Assembly (NCBI GenBank): GCA_051532055.1
Contig: JAOPTX010000016.1
Span: 36,059 to 100,058, forward strand
Source: Fibrobacterales bacterium
GTDB lineage: Bacteria > Fibrobacterota > Fibrobacteria > Fibrobacterales > JAOPTW01
Length of the DNA stretch: 64,000 nucleotides
Reading direction: 5' to 3'
Shown here piece by piece: positions 10,268 through 20,814 of the stretch. Each line of letters begins with the position of its first letter. Position 1 is the stretch's first letter. The notes beneath the pieces were generated by a model, which did not search any database, had not been told where the DNA came from, and saw nothing but the letters and a program-made list of their open reading frames with translations. Both the position numbers and the translations under genes were made by a program.

Positions 10268-12538
10268 TTACTTTCTTAAAATTCGCTCTGAGACCCCTGA
10301 TCTACGCATTATTGACTGCCCAACTGCCGAAATAACACTTTCAGCACCCCCTACAATACCCGCGAAATACTTCGCACGAGTGACTGCAGTATAGAGAATT
10401 TCTTTAGTCATGACACGATTCATCTCTTTCGGGAGAGCAATCAACGCATATTCATACTCAGAACCTTGAGATTTATGAACCGTTATGGCAAAAGCAGTAT
10501 CAAATTGAGCGATATCTGAGACGGGATATATCCCAACAGAATCATTTTCCGGAATTGCAATAAAGTAGTTGTCACCAGATGCAATCACCACTCCACAGTC
10601 ACCATTAAAAACCCCATGGGTATAGTCGTTTTGGGTTATCATAACCTGAAGCCCTGGATAGACTCCCTCACGTACTTCGTACTGAAGTTCACCCTGCATA
10701 TACTCAAAGAGAATTTGATTTATTATGGCAGTCCCAACAGGTCCACTTCGAGTGACTCCCAAAATTTGAGATTGATTCATATAGGCGAAGAGTTCTGTAA
10801 AAAGTTCCTTCACTGTTGCATCTTCTACAATTTTGGTCCGTATCTCAGATGGTGTCAAGCCACTCTTCATTTTTTTTGTTAGGGCTGCAATTATCCCGCA
10901 ATACGAATGGGTACGAGTCCATGCATTATGGTATACCGATGTTTCTGCATAAGGTTGATCAACCAAATGAAACCGACACCAATCAATAAGGAGTTCTTTG
11001 AATGGGTCACGCTCTTTGGTTCGTTCACCTGGTTCAAGGAGTAGAGTGCCCTGAGTATTACACCGTTTTGCCCCTTCATCATCTATCACAACCATGGGCC
11101 ATTCAGGGTATCCATGTACATGAGGTAATTCCGCTACTACTCTCTCTGCGTCTTGCTTATTAATTAAGGCACTCAAAGAAAGAATTGAAGCTTCTGAACG
11201 ATGACTTTTACTGAGTACCACCATTGAATCTTTTAATAGATGATGAGCGCCGAGTTCAAGGTTTTTACATGAGGCATCGTCCATCTCGGTTCCAAGAATA
11301 TTTTGAAGCGCCTTGACTGATTCGGATGTCAGACTCGGGTTACCCTCTGGAATAGTTTTTCCAAATAGGTCACTCAGAACTGCCCCTGCCTGTACCGAAG
11401 GAAGCTGATTGTGATCACCTAAAAGAATAATACGGGTATCAGACTGGAGCGCCTCAATAATATTCAGGAAGAGTGCAGCGTCTACCATAGAAACTTCATC
11501 AATAATTACAATTTTCGCCGGGTGCTTATTATCACGACCATAAGTAAAGCGATTACGCCCTGGGTTATATTTTAAAAATCGGTGGATCGTTTGGGAGTCA
11601 ATAGAATCGAGCAGCGAGTCCTTCATATCTGATTCACCTTGAGGAATGAGCGCAACACTTTGTTCAACCGATTCCGCCATTCGCGCTGCAGCTCTACCCG
11701 TTGGAGCCACCATACTGATCTGATTTGAGTGTAAGTGAGGATTGAGCCGCACTAATACCCGAAGAAGGGCAACAACCGTACTTGTTTTACCGGTACCAGG
11801 CCCACCTGAAATAACAGAGAACTGTTTCTGTGCCGCCATCAAAACCGCCGCTTGCTGACGCAGATGAAAATGCATGGGACGAGAACCCAGCACCATAGGT
11901 TTTTCTATAAAGACATCGTTATAGGCCAATTCCAAATCAGGAGAAATAGTTAAAGGAGCCGTATCAATGATCGAATCGAGCCAGAGAGAGAGACGTTTTT
12001 CTACCCCAAAGTATTTCCCCGTATAAAACCCATAAGTCGCATCATACACAAACAGTGAGCTACCACTAGGGCCTTCGCAAAAAACAGGACCGAGCATATC
12101 CAGTCTTGATACCACATGATTCATTGCACTGGAAAATTGATGTTTGAGTGCAATCGAATCAAATAGAGAGACGAGTTGGTCTGCCAGAACGACATCTTGA
12201 GTTACAATTTTCTTACGTTCAATATACCCTTCAATCACCTCAATAATTTCTTGGTCTGTTTCACCAGGTAAATAATAGAGATGTCCCAACCCAGTAGAAA
12301 CAATAATTAATAGTTGGGCAAGGGTACTATGCGAGTCACGGACATTATTATTTAATAACCTATCTGAAAGTGTAGTCAATGAAAGATGAGCACCATCGAT
12401 ACAACCCGATTCTACAAGAAGATACACTGCAACAAAAAAAATATCTTCTTTCTCACTTGGCCTAATACCACCTTTGAGAGCCGCCTCACTCGGACCAATA
12501 GTTTCAATCCAGCACCGGGTCTGTAGTAATGCATCCAT
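10268..12538 (-). CDS. recD: Exodeoxyribonuclease V alpha subunit
   Basis: SGGPGTGKT, APTGRAA, DEVSMV, GDHNQLPSV, TVHKSQGSEY, LYTAVTRA. Confidence 0.93.
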   Translation of the reverse strand: MDALLQTRCWIETIGPSEAALKGGIRPSEKEDIFFVAVYLLVESGCIDGAHLSLTTLSDRLLNNNVRDSHSTLAQLLIIVSTGLGHLYYLPGETDQEIIEVIEGYIERKKIVTQDVVLADQLVSLFDSIALKHQFSSAMNHVVSRLDMLGPVFCEGPSGSSLFVYDATYGFYTGKYFGVEKRLSLWLDSIIDTAPLTISPDLELAYNDVFIEKPMVLGSRPMHFHLRQQAAVLMAAQKQFSVISGGPGTGKTSTVVALLRVLVRLNPHLHSNQISMVAPTGRAAARMAESVEQSVALIPQGESDMKDSLLDSIDSQTIHRFLKYNPGRNRFTYGRDNKHPAKIVIIDEVSMVDAALFLNIIEALQSDTRIILLGDHNQLPSVQAGAVLSDLFGKTIPEGNPSLTSESVKALQNILGTEMDDASCKNLELGAHHLLKDSMVVLSKSHRSEASILSLSALINKQDAERVVAELPHVHGYPEWPMVVIDDEGAKRCNTQGTLLLEPGERTKERDPFKELLIDWCRFHLVDQPYAETSVYHNAWTRTHSYCGIIAALTKKMKSGLTPSEIRTKIVEDATVKELFTELFAYMNQSQILGVTRSGPVGTAIINQILFEYMQGELQYEVREGVYPGLQVMITQNDYTHGVFNGDCGVVIASGDNYFIAIPENDSVGIYPVSDIAQFDTAFAITVHKSQGSEYEYALIALPKEMNRVMTKEILYTAVTRAKYFAGIVGGAESVISAVGQSIMRRSGVSERILRK

Positions 12539-15500
12539 TATTTATCTCCACTTATTTCAGGGTGCGCATCACGAATCATTTTTTCAATATCTATAGTATA
12601 GTGTTCTTCAATTATTGTTGCAGACTCTGGGCACATACATACATATCCATCATTGGATCCGGGCTGCATGCCTCGTATATAGAGATAGTAGACGCCACCA
12701 AAATGAGTATCAAAAGAGTAGCCAGGTAGGGCTGCCTGTAACCAACGATGGAGAGCAAGCGCATAAACCTGCAATTGTATATCATAATGATCTCGAATCA
12801 TACTCTCTTCAATTGCCTGGGCATCATAGCCATTTTCTAAATAATTTGATTTCCAATCGAGAATGTAATAACGTCCCTCAAAACGGAAGAGCAGATCAAT
12901 AAATCCTTTTACAAAATGAGCATCTTCATTCTTTGTAAAAAGTTGCACGCTCTCTGAATGGAGATAACTAAACTGAAACTCCATTTCAGCTTTAAGATCT
13001 TTTTCGGGAATTGTTGCCAGGGAAAAGGTATTGAACGGGTTGCGCGCATCGATCATCGGGGCAGTTAAACAGTTATGTATCAATCGTCCAATTGCCCGAT
13101 AATGCTGAGATCCAATACCATATTTTGTACAATAGAATTCAATTACATCCGCTGTCTTTTTATTCTTAAGTAGTGCAACCCCTGCATCTTCTCCAGACAA
13201 TGCACCCACTTCGGCAAAGGAGATATGTTCAAAAATATCGTGTAAGCAATTACCCGGCTCAGCTCCTCGGGGAATATCTTGAATATATTTATCAAACTGT
13301 GCCGGCCGTGGAGCCGTGGGCACAACACCGATAGAGGTAATTACCCGATTATTTTCATTAACAGTATGAGAAAGATGCGAGTACGACTCCATTATAATTT
13401 TTTTCTTAGAAAAACCAGAATAGTTAGGGATAACACCCACCAACTCTTTTACCATTTCTTCAGAAGGAGGTTCAACCTGTGTCGCTTTATACTCTTCACA
13501 ATCAGGATTTATAGTGACATAGCCTGAAAGCGTGTCATTGAGTGCGCCTGTAATAGCGGAAGTAAGTACCCGCCTCATCCCTACTTTTTGATTCACTTTT
13601 TCGGAACCCATAAGCGGCATATAGAGAAAGTATTTAGCCCGAGTAAGTGCTACATAGAGCAACCTGGTATATTCTGCAAGCCTCTTTTCTAAGGGTTCTT
13701 TTTGAGTAAAATCAAAGTGCCGGTGATCACTCTCTTTAGTGACCACATAGTTATTCATTTGTAATTCACCAAAACCACCGAGAAAAACCACATTAAACTC
13801 AAGGCCCTTAGATGCGTGCATAGTCAATATCTGTACTGCTGCATCATCACGTTCTTTCCGATAGAGTTCACCATCATCTTCACGTTCAAGACGCTTCGCC
13901 CGCCAATTTTTAAGGAGCGCGACTTGATCCTCAAGAGACAACTTTTTGCGATATGCCTCAGTTTGTAGGTCCTGCATTACTTGTTTATACGCATCAAGCT
14001 CTCGAAACCTATTAGGGCCAATTGTTATAGTACGTAACAGCTCTGTATCGTGTAAAAAAGAGTGGTAGAGCTCCCCCCATCTCCGTCGAGTAACCAGGCT
14101 GTGCCATCTATCATAGAGCACTCGTCGAGCACTGTCATTTTGGTGCTCGCCCAGCCCCCTCTCACCTTCTCCAAAAAAAGGCGTAAAGAGCGCTTTGGTT
14201 GCTGTATCAGGTGCAGCATCTGAGATACTCTCAAGAAGGTAGAGTATATGAGCCGATTCTTTTGACTGATAGACACCCTGCTGCTTATAATAGCTATAGG
14301 GTATTCCCCGCTCTTGGAGAAGTGATTCAAAATGAGTTACATCCCCTCGTTTCTCAACAAGGATTGCCATATCACTCCACTCTGCTCCTTGTACACGAAG
14401 ATCAAGAAGCGCATCAACCATCCAAGGATAATACTCTTCTCGATTTCCACCGAGACCCTCGCTTAACAATTCTTTCACCACAAATGGAGTGTATGTATCA
14501 TTCACCTTAAAACGTTCGTAAAAGGTTCCCGGTCTTTGGGCGGGCGAGGCATCAGGATAATGAACAGGGCTATATGTAATAGCACCCTCTGCAGTATCAT
14601 AACCAAAAAATGATGGTCGAGAAAAGAGGGCATTAAAGGCCTCAAGTATTCGCTTGCTCGAACGATAGTTGTCAGAGAGCGTGTGCATAACTTCATGACC
14701 AGAGAATGAAAGCATCTCTTCTTTGGCTCTATAATAGGTTTCAATATCAGCACCCCGAAAAGAGTAAATTGCTTGTTTTGGGTCACCAATAAGAAATAAA
14801 CGTGTATAGGTCGTTCTTAAAAAGAGAGTTTTAAATATATCCCATTGCGCGTCATCAGTATCTTGAAATTCATCAACCAATACCACATGATATTGACCAC
14901 GAATCCTCTGTGCAATATCTGGATTCGTTGTCACAAGTGTGCGCACTCGTTGTATCATATCATTAAAAGTAAAGAGCGACTGATTCTCTTTGGTCTCGCA
15001 GACTTTCTCGATTAACCGACTCAATAGCGGGATAATTCGAGCAGCCTCTACCTCTGTGTGGTAATTGACTGCTGCCTCACACAATGAAACAACAGCCTTT
15101 ACCACTACACTATAACTCTTACCATTGCAGTAAGGAAAAATTGTTTCATCATCAATATCAAACTGGGGATCATCACATTTTGATCCGAGCCATCCGGGTT
15201 CACTTTTTTGTCCCTTAAATTGTCTAATAAAACTATTCAGTGGTTCGGGACTAGTATCACTTTCACATTGTTCAATAACACCGCCCAATGCACCCCAAAA
15301 CATTTCGGTCCACTCATCAAACTTAGGGAGTTTTTTCCCTTTATTGAAAGCCCCTTTATGGGCGACAGCGACTTCTCTCTGTCGATCACCAAAAGCACTT
15401 AAGGTCGTATTGAAATCTATTCCCACTTGTTGTTTGAATAAGCCTATGCTCTCAGTAAATGGCTTCAGGGCTTCCCCAACCACCGTATCACTCTTACTCT

Positions 15501-16029
15501 TCTGTTCGGCAATAGCAATAAATACAGACTTTAAGAGATCATCAACATTTAAGTACGGACTCGATTTTACCAGACGTACCAACTCCGGATACTCTTTTGA
15601 CCATTCACCTTTGAATAGTTCGATACACTCCTGTACAATAAGTTCACGCTCATCAGTGAGTTTCTCTTGAAATGAACGCCCTGATTCAAATGGAATTTTT
15701 TGCAATACCTTTTTACACCACCCATGAATGGTATACACTTCTGCCGTTTCAAAATCACGAATAGCTTGCATGAGTCGAGCACACTCATCATGCCCTAATG
15801 CCTCACCATGAAGTTCACGGGAATGGAGTGTTTCAAGTAGTCCTTCTCGAATACGCTCACGCATCTCACCTGCAGCTTTTTCGGTGAACGTTACCAGCAG
15901 GATTTCATTAATACATGTCTCACTTGAGCGAAGTATCTCAAGAACCATCTGTTGAATAGTATAGGTTTTACCCGTTCCAGCCGATGCCTCAATCCACCCA
16001 TTGGGTCGTGTTGCTATTTCTTTAAACAT
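12538..16029 (-). CDS. recB: Exodeoxyribonuclease V beta subunit (helicase-nuclease)
   Basis: IEASAGTGKT, DEFQDTD, GDPKQAIYSFRGAD, HASKGLEF, LYVALTRA; nuclease GFIDLLF...ILDWKSN. Confidence 0.95.
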   Translation of the reverse strand: MFKEIATRPNGWIEASAGTGKTYTIQQMVLEILRSSETCINEILLVTFTEKAAGEMRERIREGLLETLHSRELHGEALGHDECARLMQAIRDFETAEVYTIHGWCKKVLQKIPFESGRSFQEKLTDERELIVQECIELFKGEWSKEYPELVRLVKSSPYLNVDDLLKSVFIAIAEQKSKSDTVVGEALKPFTESIGLFKQQVGIDFNTTLSAFGDRQREVAVAHKGAFNKGKKLPKFDEWTEMFWGALGGVIEQCESDTSPEPLNSFIRQFKGQKSEPGWLGSKCDDPQFDIDDETIFPYCNGKSYSVVVKAVVSLCEAAVNYHTEVEAARIIPLLSRLIEKVCETKENQSLFTFNDMIQRVRTLVTTNPDIAQRIRGQYHVVLVDEFQDTDDAQWDIFKTLFLRTTYTRLFLIGDPKQAIYSFRGADIETYYRAKEEMLSFSGHEVMHTLSDNYRSSKRILEAFNALFSRPSFFGYDTAEGAITYSPVHYPDASPAQRPGTFYERFKVNDTYTPFVVKELLSEGLGGNREEYYPWMVDALLDLRVQGAEWSDMAILVEKRGDVTHFESLLQERGIPYSYYKQQGVYQSKESAHILYLLESISDAAPDTATKALFTPFFGEGERGLGEHQNDSARRVLYDRWHSLVTRRRWGELYHSFLHDTELLRTITIGPNRFRELDAYKQVMQDLQTEAYRKKLSLEDQVALLKNWRAKRLEREDDGELYRKERDDAAVQILTMHASKGLEFNVVFLGGFGELQMNNYVVTKESDHRHFDFTQKEPLEKRLAEYTRLLYVALTRAKYFLYMPLMGSEKVNQKVGMRRVLTSAITGALNDTLSGYVTINPDCEEYKATQVEPPSEEMVKELVGVIPNYSGFSKKKIIMESYSHLSHTVNENNRVITSIGVVPTAPRPAQFDKYIQDIPRGAEPGNCLHDIFEHISFAEVGALSGEDAGVALLKNKKTADVIEFYCTKYGIGSQHYRAIGRLIHNCLTAPMIDARNPFNTFSLATIPEKDLKAEMEFQFSYLHSESVQLFTKNEDAHFVKGFIDLLFRFEGRYYILDWKSNYLENGYDAQAIEESMIRDHYDIQLQVYALALHRWLQAALPGYSFDTHFGGVYYLYIRGMQPGSNDGYVCMCPESATIIEEHYTIDIEKMIRDAHPEISGDK

Positions 16030-19000
16030 ACAACCCCTAGTATCGCGCCAAACCTATGTAAGTACACTTCAAGAGAGTCTGGTCGATATACTTTAAAGCG
16101 ATCAAATCCTAAATAATCGGGGACATAACTCGCTGAACAGTGACTTTCCCAAGCGGTCTCTATGGTAGTTACTACCTCTTGATAGAGTTCTTGATTAATA
16201 ATCGGTTTTTGGTCCTCTTCTGCAAAAGCTAATAATGATTCTTTTATGGGATCACACTTCTCAAGTCCTAACAACTCAAAACTTTCCGCTATCGCACCAT
16301 CTGATGATAAGCTCCCCGTATAAAGAGATTCAAAGGGAAGAGAATAAAGGTTTTCGGTTAATACCATTTCTGCAAGAAGCTCTTTGAGGCGTCTATCCGA
16401 GCCACTCAATGAGAGAGGTATTTTAAATTTCCTAATCGTACTCTTTTCGAGGCTACTCCAACACCATACCTCCACTCCATTCTGTACCTGTTCTTTGTAT
16501 GAATCAGTTTGAGCAAGAATAAGGAGACGCACATAGGCTATGAGTAGATGCTTGGGTTGAAAACTTTTTGTAAAATTATTGGGGACCAACATTATGGGGA
16601 GTTGGCCAGTAGATGAAACAAAGAGATGACCAGTGTTTCCTGTCACTTCTATTATATGATGTTCACCCGGAAGAGCAATTGGAATAGTTACCGATTGAGG
16701 CATTACGTATTGATATTCTTCTAAGTGCGTTTGCATACTATGAATACGCTCAATTTCAATTGATGCACCTTCGATAGTTTTTTCGAGGGCAATCTCACCC
16801 AGTACTGAAGTCGGTAAATTACCTAAGCGACAATTCCGGTCCCACTCGTCTTTAATAATACTCTGTACTCGATGCTCCCCAATTTCTTTTTCTAGACCAA
16901 ACCACTCCGTCAGTATTGTTTCAACAACCGCTCCTTTAATAGCACCCGCTTGGAGCATTGCAACTGTCAATGGTTCTTCAGACTCAATTGAGTGATCTTC
17001 ATCATCACCCCAAAGCCCGTACTTCTGTTGTAGCCGGTAGACTAATGGGTTTTCTAAAAACCGTTTTAAATGCCCCTCAGTTACTACAACATCGTCATTC
17101 AGACTCACCGGTATGGAAACATATTCACTCGTGTACGTTTCTGTCTCTTGCTGTAGCAAACTCGAAAGGTGTGCAAAGTGAGATGAGTAACTCGGAACGG
17201 TATACGTATCACATTGAGGCAGTTCAATAAGTGGTTGAGTATGCCCTCCTGTAAATAGACGACTATCACTATTAAGTAATGGAATATGACATCCCTTCAC
17301 CTGCGTAGTCAGAAGATAGTCATTGAAAAACTCTTTCAGTTCGGACACTAGCGAGCTTTGTTGAAGTGGCTCATCTTTTTTAAGGTCCATAGAGAGATAA
17401 CTCAATACCAGTTGTTCTTTAACTGAGGTTATAACTTCTAAAAAGAGATACCGATCAGTCTCAATAGGGGAAAAATCTCCTATTTCACGACGACACCCTC
17501 TGAGATCTAACGATCCATAACTCATACGCGAAGGAAAAACCCCTTCATTGAGTCCTAAGAGATACATACTTCTATAGGGAACCGGTGGCTTTGGACTCAA
17601 TGAAGTAACCGTTACGCCACCAGTGAGATAACTTCCGCCAAATCCTGGGAGGTCAATGAGTAATCCCAAAATAAATTCTTGGAGGAGTACCCAAGGAATA
17701 GTGCTTGACTTCCTCTGAAGAAGGGTCACCCGTGTCAATTCTTCATACAGTTGATCTCGTAACTTTTTCTCCGACTCGAGTTCTTCGGGTACACTGCACC
17801 ACGTTGTAAAAAAGAGCGGTAAAAAGGTGAGCCACTCAGAAACTGATTTTTGTTTTTTAAGTGCTGAAAGATCGCGATAGAGCAATTCAATAGTTTCAAC
17901 AAAAAGAGAGAGCAGTGCACTATTTTGCGAATCAATATCACTATAGGCCTCAAGAGCATCACCAACAACACTCCCTACTTCCGTAACTTGGCCAAGAAGC
18001 AGTCGATCCAAGGCCATTCTCCAGGTGTGAATATACTCTTCTGCATAGCCAGCACTCTGCCGATGGCTTTGATCAAAATGACGATAAATATTTAGACGTT
18101 CCGCCCACCCCACAAAGGTTGTGACCATCTCGGGCGTGATACCTCGAGCCGCTTGTACACAGGGGTTCTCCAAAAATGAAAACAGTTCTTTACGCGTAAA
18201 ATGACTCCCCGAGAGAGCCATCAAATCACGCACCGCCTGGCTATAGACACTAGTACTTGAGGTGCCATCGATGAGGCTATAAGGAATGCGCTCATGCCCT
18301 TCACTATTACGTGCCTCAAAGACCTGTTGTACTACGGGTGCATACCGTTCAAGGTCTGTTACAAATACTGCGATATCATGAAAACGCATCGTAGGATTGA
18401 GTCTGAGGGTATGGACAATACTATCATAGAGTGTCTCAACCTCTCGTTTAATTTCAGGTGCACTCCAAAACTGAACTGATGCATCTTGTTTTACAGGGGT
18501 GATATCTGTTGTTCTCTTGAGAAGTGAATGCTGAAGAGTTCCAAGGATAGTTTTTGTATCATGAGGTTCACTATAGCGATCAGCAAAAGCATAGTCTGTC
18601 GCCTGACACCAAAGCTGTATCCCTTCACGTCCTGGCCTTCCCCACTCTGCAAGAAGAGGATGCATCTGACCCTGTTCTTCTGGGAGAACCTCATCCATAA
18701 GGGCGTCTTCATCTTTGGTCAGTACATTCCGTTCTTCATCACTCAGCAGATTCCAGGTGCCAGTGTGTTGAATACGCCGCTTCTCCGAAACAAGATCTTC
18801 CCAAAACTCTGCACAAGGATTAAGGGCATAGACATTAAAAGTAACCCCCAACTCCGAGAGGGTAAAAATAAGGCTTCGATGAAACAGTGATATTTGAGAC
18901 ATTGCAAATATATGCCATGTTTCACCCTTACACGGTTCAGCATCAAAACTTTCTTCAGCTTTAAATACCTGCCGTGCATACATAGGGAGTGAGCAGTACC

Positions 19001-19643
19001 AGTCACTATTCGCTTCGGCGTAGCGACCGAGTACACCTCCTTCACCAAAGAGTTCTCGGTAAAGCGCTTTCTGCCAGAGCTCCACCTGCCCAAACCAAGT
19101 CTCTTCGTCAGGGCGAACGCCCTTTCCAATTTTTTTAGAAAAAAGAAGAAGATCTACATCAAGCCACGACTCAATCACTCCTTCACATGAGGGACTTTTG
19201 ATGCGCTTAAATTCATAATCAATAAAGACCGTAGCTATCTGTGTTGCAAGCTGCATCAATTTCCGGAAATAGAGACCCTCACTACTCTCTGTATCTCCTA
19301 AATATTTTTTAAGAGGCTCATACACCGGCAGAGCCATAAGCTCAGTATCCATCAAGCAATGAGCGACAAAGAGTGAAAGTGATGCTTTATTGAGGGGTTC
19401 AGCAGAGCCTTCCTCGTAAGTATCTATTTCTTGAAGTAATCGCCACAAGTTTTTTTCTAATCGTCCTACCTGCAAGTTTGCCACAATACCATCGCGCTGG
19501 GCCATATGGTATTGCAACCAAGTCCCCATCTGGCCACCCACAATTATAGGGTCGGGATTAAAGATATCATCGGGCTGATAATTATCGCGCAACTTCTCAA
19601 AGAGCTGCATAGTATCGTTACTAAAAAAGAGGTTTATAGCCAT
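16014..19643 (-). CDS. recC: Exodeoxyribonuclease V gamma subunit
   Basis: LNPCAEFW, HPLLAEWG, REVE, DIAVFV...YAP, DRYLFLE; first gene of recC-recB-recD. Confidence 0.9.
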   Translation of the reverse strand: MAINLFFSNDTMQLFEKLRDNYQPDDIFNPDPIIVGGQMGTWLQYHMAQRDGIVANLQVGRLEKNLWRLLQEIDTYEEGSAEPLNKASLSLFVAHCLMDTELMALPVYEPLKKYLGDTESSEGLYFRKLMQLATQIATVFIDYEFKRIKSPSCEGVIESWLDVDLLLFSKKIGKGVRPDEETWFGQVELWQKALYRELFGEGGVLGRYAEANSDWYCSLPMYARQVFKAEESFDAEPCKGETWHIFAMSQISLFHRSLIFTLSELGVTFNVYALNPCAEFWEDLVSEKRRIQHTGTWNLLSDEERNVLTKDEDALMDEVLPEEQGQMHPLLAEWGRPGREGIQLWCQATDYAFADRYSEPHDTKTILGTLQHSLLKRTTDITPVKQDASVQFWSAPEIKREVETLYDSIVHTLRLNPTMRFHDIAVFVTDLERYAPVVQQVFEARNSEGHERIPYSLIDGTSSTSVYSQAVRDLMALSGSHFTRKELFSFLENPCVQAARGITPEMVTTFVGWAERLNIYRHFDQSHRQSAGYAEEYIHTWRMALDRLLLGQVTEVGSVVGDALEAYSDIDSQNSALLSLFVETIELLYRDLSALKKQKSVSEWLTFLPLFFTTWCSVPEELESEKKLRDQLYEELTRVTLLQRKSSTIPWVLLQEFILGLLIDLPGFGGSYLTGGVTVTSLSPKPPVPYRSMYLLGLNEGVFPSRMSYGSLDLRGCRREIGDFSPIETDRYLFLEVITSVKEQLVLSYLSMDLKKDEPLQQSSLVSELKEFFNDYLLTTQVKGCHIPLLNSDSRLFTGGHTQPLIELPQCDTYTVPSYSSHFAHLSSLLQQETETYTSEYVSIPVSLNDDVVVTEGHLKRFLENPLVYRLQQKYGLWGDDEDHSIESEEPLTVAMLQAGAIKGAVVETILTEWFGLEKEIGEHRVQSIIKDEWDRNCRLGNLPTSVLGEIALEKTIEGASIEIERIHSMQTHLEEYQYVMPQSVTIPIALPGEHHIIEVTGNTGHLFVSSTGQLPIMLVPNNFTKSFQPKHLLIAYVRLLILAQTDSYKEQVQNGVEVWCWSSLEKSTIRKFKIPLSLSGSDRRLKELLAEMVLTENLYSLPFESLYTGSLSSDGAIAESFELLGLEKCDPIKESLLAFAEEDQKPIINQELYQEVVTTIETAWESHCSASYVPDYLGFDRFKVYRPDSLEVYLHRFGAILGVVCLKK

Positions 19644-19649
19644 GGTTGA

Positions 19650-19681
19650 AATATAAGTATTTTACCAGACAATAATTGTCA
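19650..19681 (-). promoter_or_regulatory. TGACA-ATTAT-TGTCT box, 11 bp, then TATATT -10; recCBD promoter (probably leaderless)
   Basis: One-mismatch palindrome 19667-19681; -10 at 19655-19650; ATG 6 nt downstream. Confidence 0.7.
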
Positions 19682-19682
19682 C

Positions 19683-20396
19683 CTACAGATCAATCTTGCG
19701 GATATCTTGAAAGGATCCCGACTCAAACTGAGTCAGTTTTGGAATCACTGCAACCGCTCGCTGAGCAAACAATTCTGGAGTGGGCATTGCATCTGTCCCC
19801 CTCGCCGCTTGAATACGGGCGACTGTGGGGTACTCTTCGCCATTAACCTGATCACAGAGGTAATCTTGCATTGCCGTATCGACAAGCCCGGGCGCAAATG
19901 CACAAAAGTGGGTTTCTGGGCGCTCTGCTGCGTAGAGTGCAATAAGCATGTTGAGAGCCGCTTTTGAAATAGCATAGCCACTCCATCCTTTATTTCCACT
20001 CACCGCTGCACCCGATGACGTTGCAACAACTTGAGTAAGGGTTACATTGAGGTCATAGAGTGTATCGAGAATTATCTTATTTGCCCAAACGTTAACTGTC
20101 ATGCTCTCTTCGAGTTCAAGAATGGAGGTTCCCTGAAGTGAGGTAACGGAACCAAGCATACCAGCATTCAACAATACCAAATCAAAGGTGCAACACTCTC
20201 CTATAAGAGACTCTATTGCTGAAGCTATCTGAAAGTGATCTGACAGATCACAGGATACAAAGGTAAAGGTATCTAATTTAGACAGGCCTTTGGGTTCACG
20301 CCTACTTAACCCAAAGACTTGGTGCCCCATATCGAGGTATTGTTTAGCCAATCCATGACCAATACCTGAACTGACACCGGTGATTAAAATATTCAT
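19683..20396 (-). CDS. SDR oxidoreductase (benzil/sepiapterin reductase-like)
   Basis: TGVSSGIG, LNAG, SSGAA, YAISK, APGLVDTAMQ. Confidence 0.88.
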   Translation of the reverse strand: MNILITGVSSGIGHGLAKQYLDMGHQVFGLSRREPKGLSKLDTFTFVSCDLSDHFQIASAIESLIGECCTFDLVLLNAGMLGSVTSLQGTSILELEESMTVNVWANKIILDTLYDLNVTLTQVVATSSGAAVSGNKGWSGYAISKAALNMLIALYAAERPETHFCAFAPGLVDTAMQDYLCDQVNGEEYPTVARIQAARGTDAMPTPELFAQRAVAVIPKLTQFESGSFQDIRKIDL

Positions 20397-20516
20397 ACCA
20401 ACCTTTTAAATTCTTCTTCTTTCTATGGTAAATGTGCTTAAATTGAGCTTTCCGCACAATAGGTCCCGTTATTTTTGCCATAAAACCCCCCAAATTATTG
20501 ATTAAACAATAACGGC

Positions 20517-20553
20517 TTGACTTCACCGCATTATTGTACTATTTTACTAGTAC
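20517..20553 (+). promoter_or_regulatory. Sigma70 promoter TTGACT-N17-TATTTT overlapped by TrpR operator GTACTATTTTACTAGTAC
   Basis: 18-bp operator 20536-20553 matches symmetric TrpR consensus GTACTAGTTAACTAGTAC at 16/18. Confidence 0.8.
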
Positions 20554-20802
20554 ATGAATACACAAAGCAACTACTTAGACGAATTGGTAACCCATCTTCT
20601 CGAAAAAAAGAGTCCCGATGAGTTCAAAAAAGCCCTTAAAGGGCTCCTTACTCCAGCAGAGCTGAGTGAGATTCCAAAACGTCTCCAAATTTTTAATATG
20701 CTTAAGGCCGGAATACCGCAGCGTGAAATCGCAAAAACCCTAGGAGTCGGAATTGCTACCGTCACAAGAGGATCACGCGAATTAAAATCTGGTAACATTT
20801 AA
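20554..20802 (+). CDS. trpR: Trp repressor family protein
   Basis: LLTPAE...RLQI...PQREIAKTLGVGIATVTRGSRELK. Confidence 0.88.
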   Translation: MNTQSNYLDELVTHLLEKKSPDEFKKALKGLLTPAELSEIPKRLQIFNMLKAGIPQREIAKTLGVGIATVTRGSRELKSGNI

Positions 20803-20814
20803 CGTGGAGCTACT

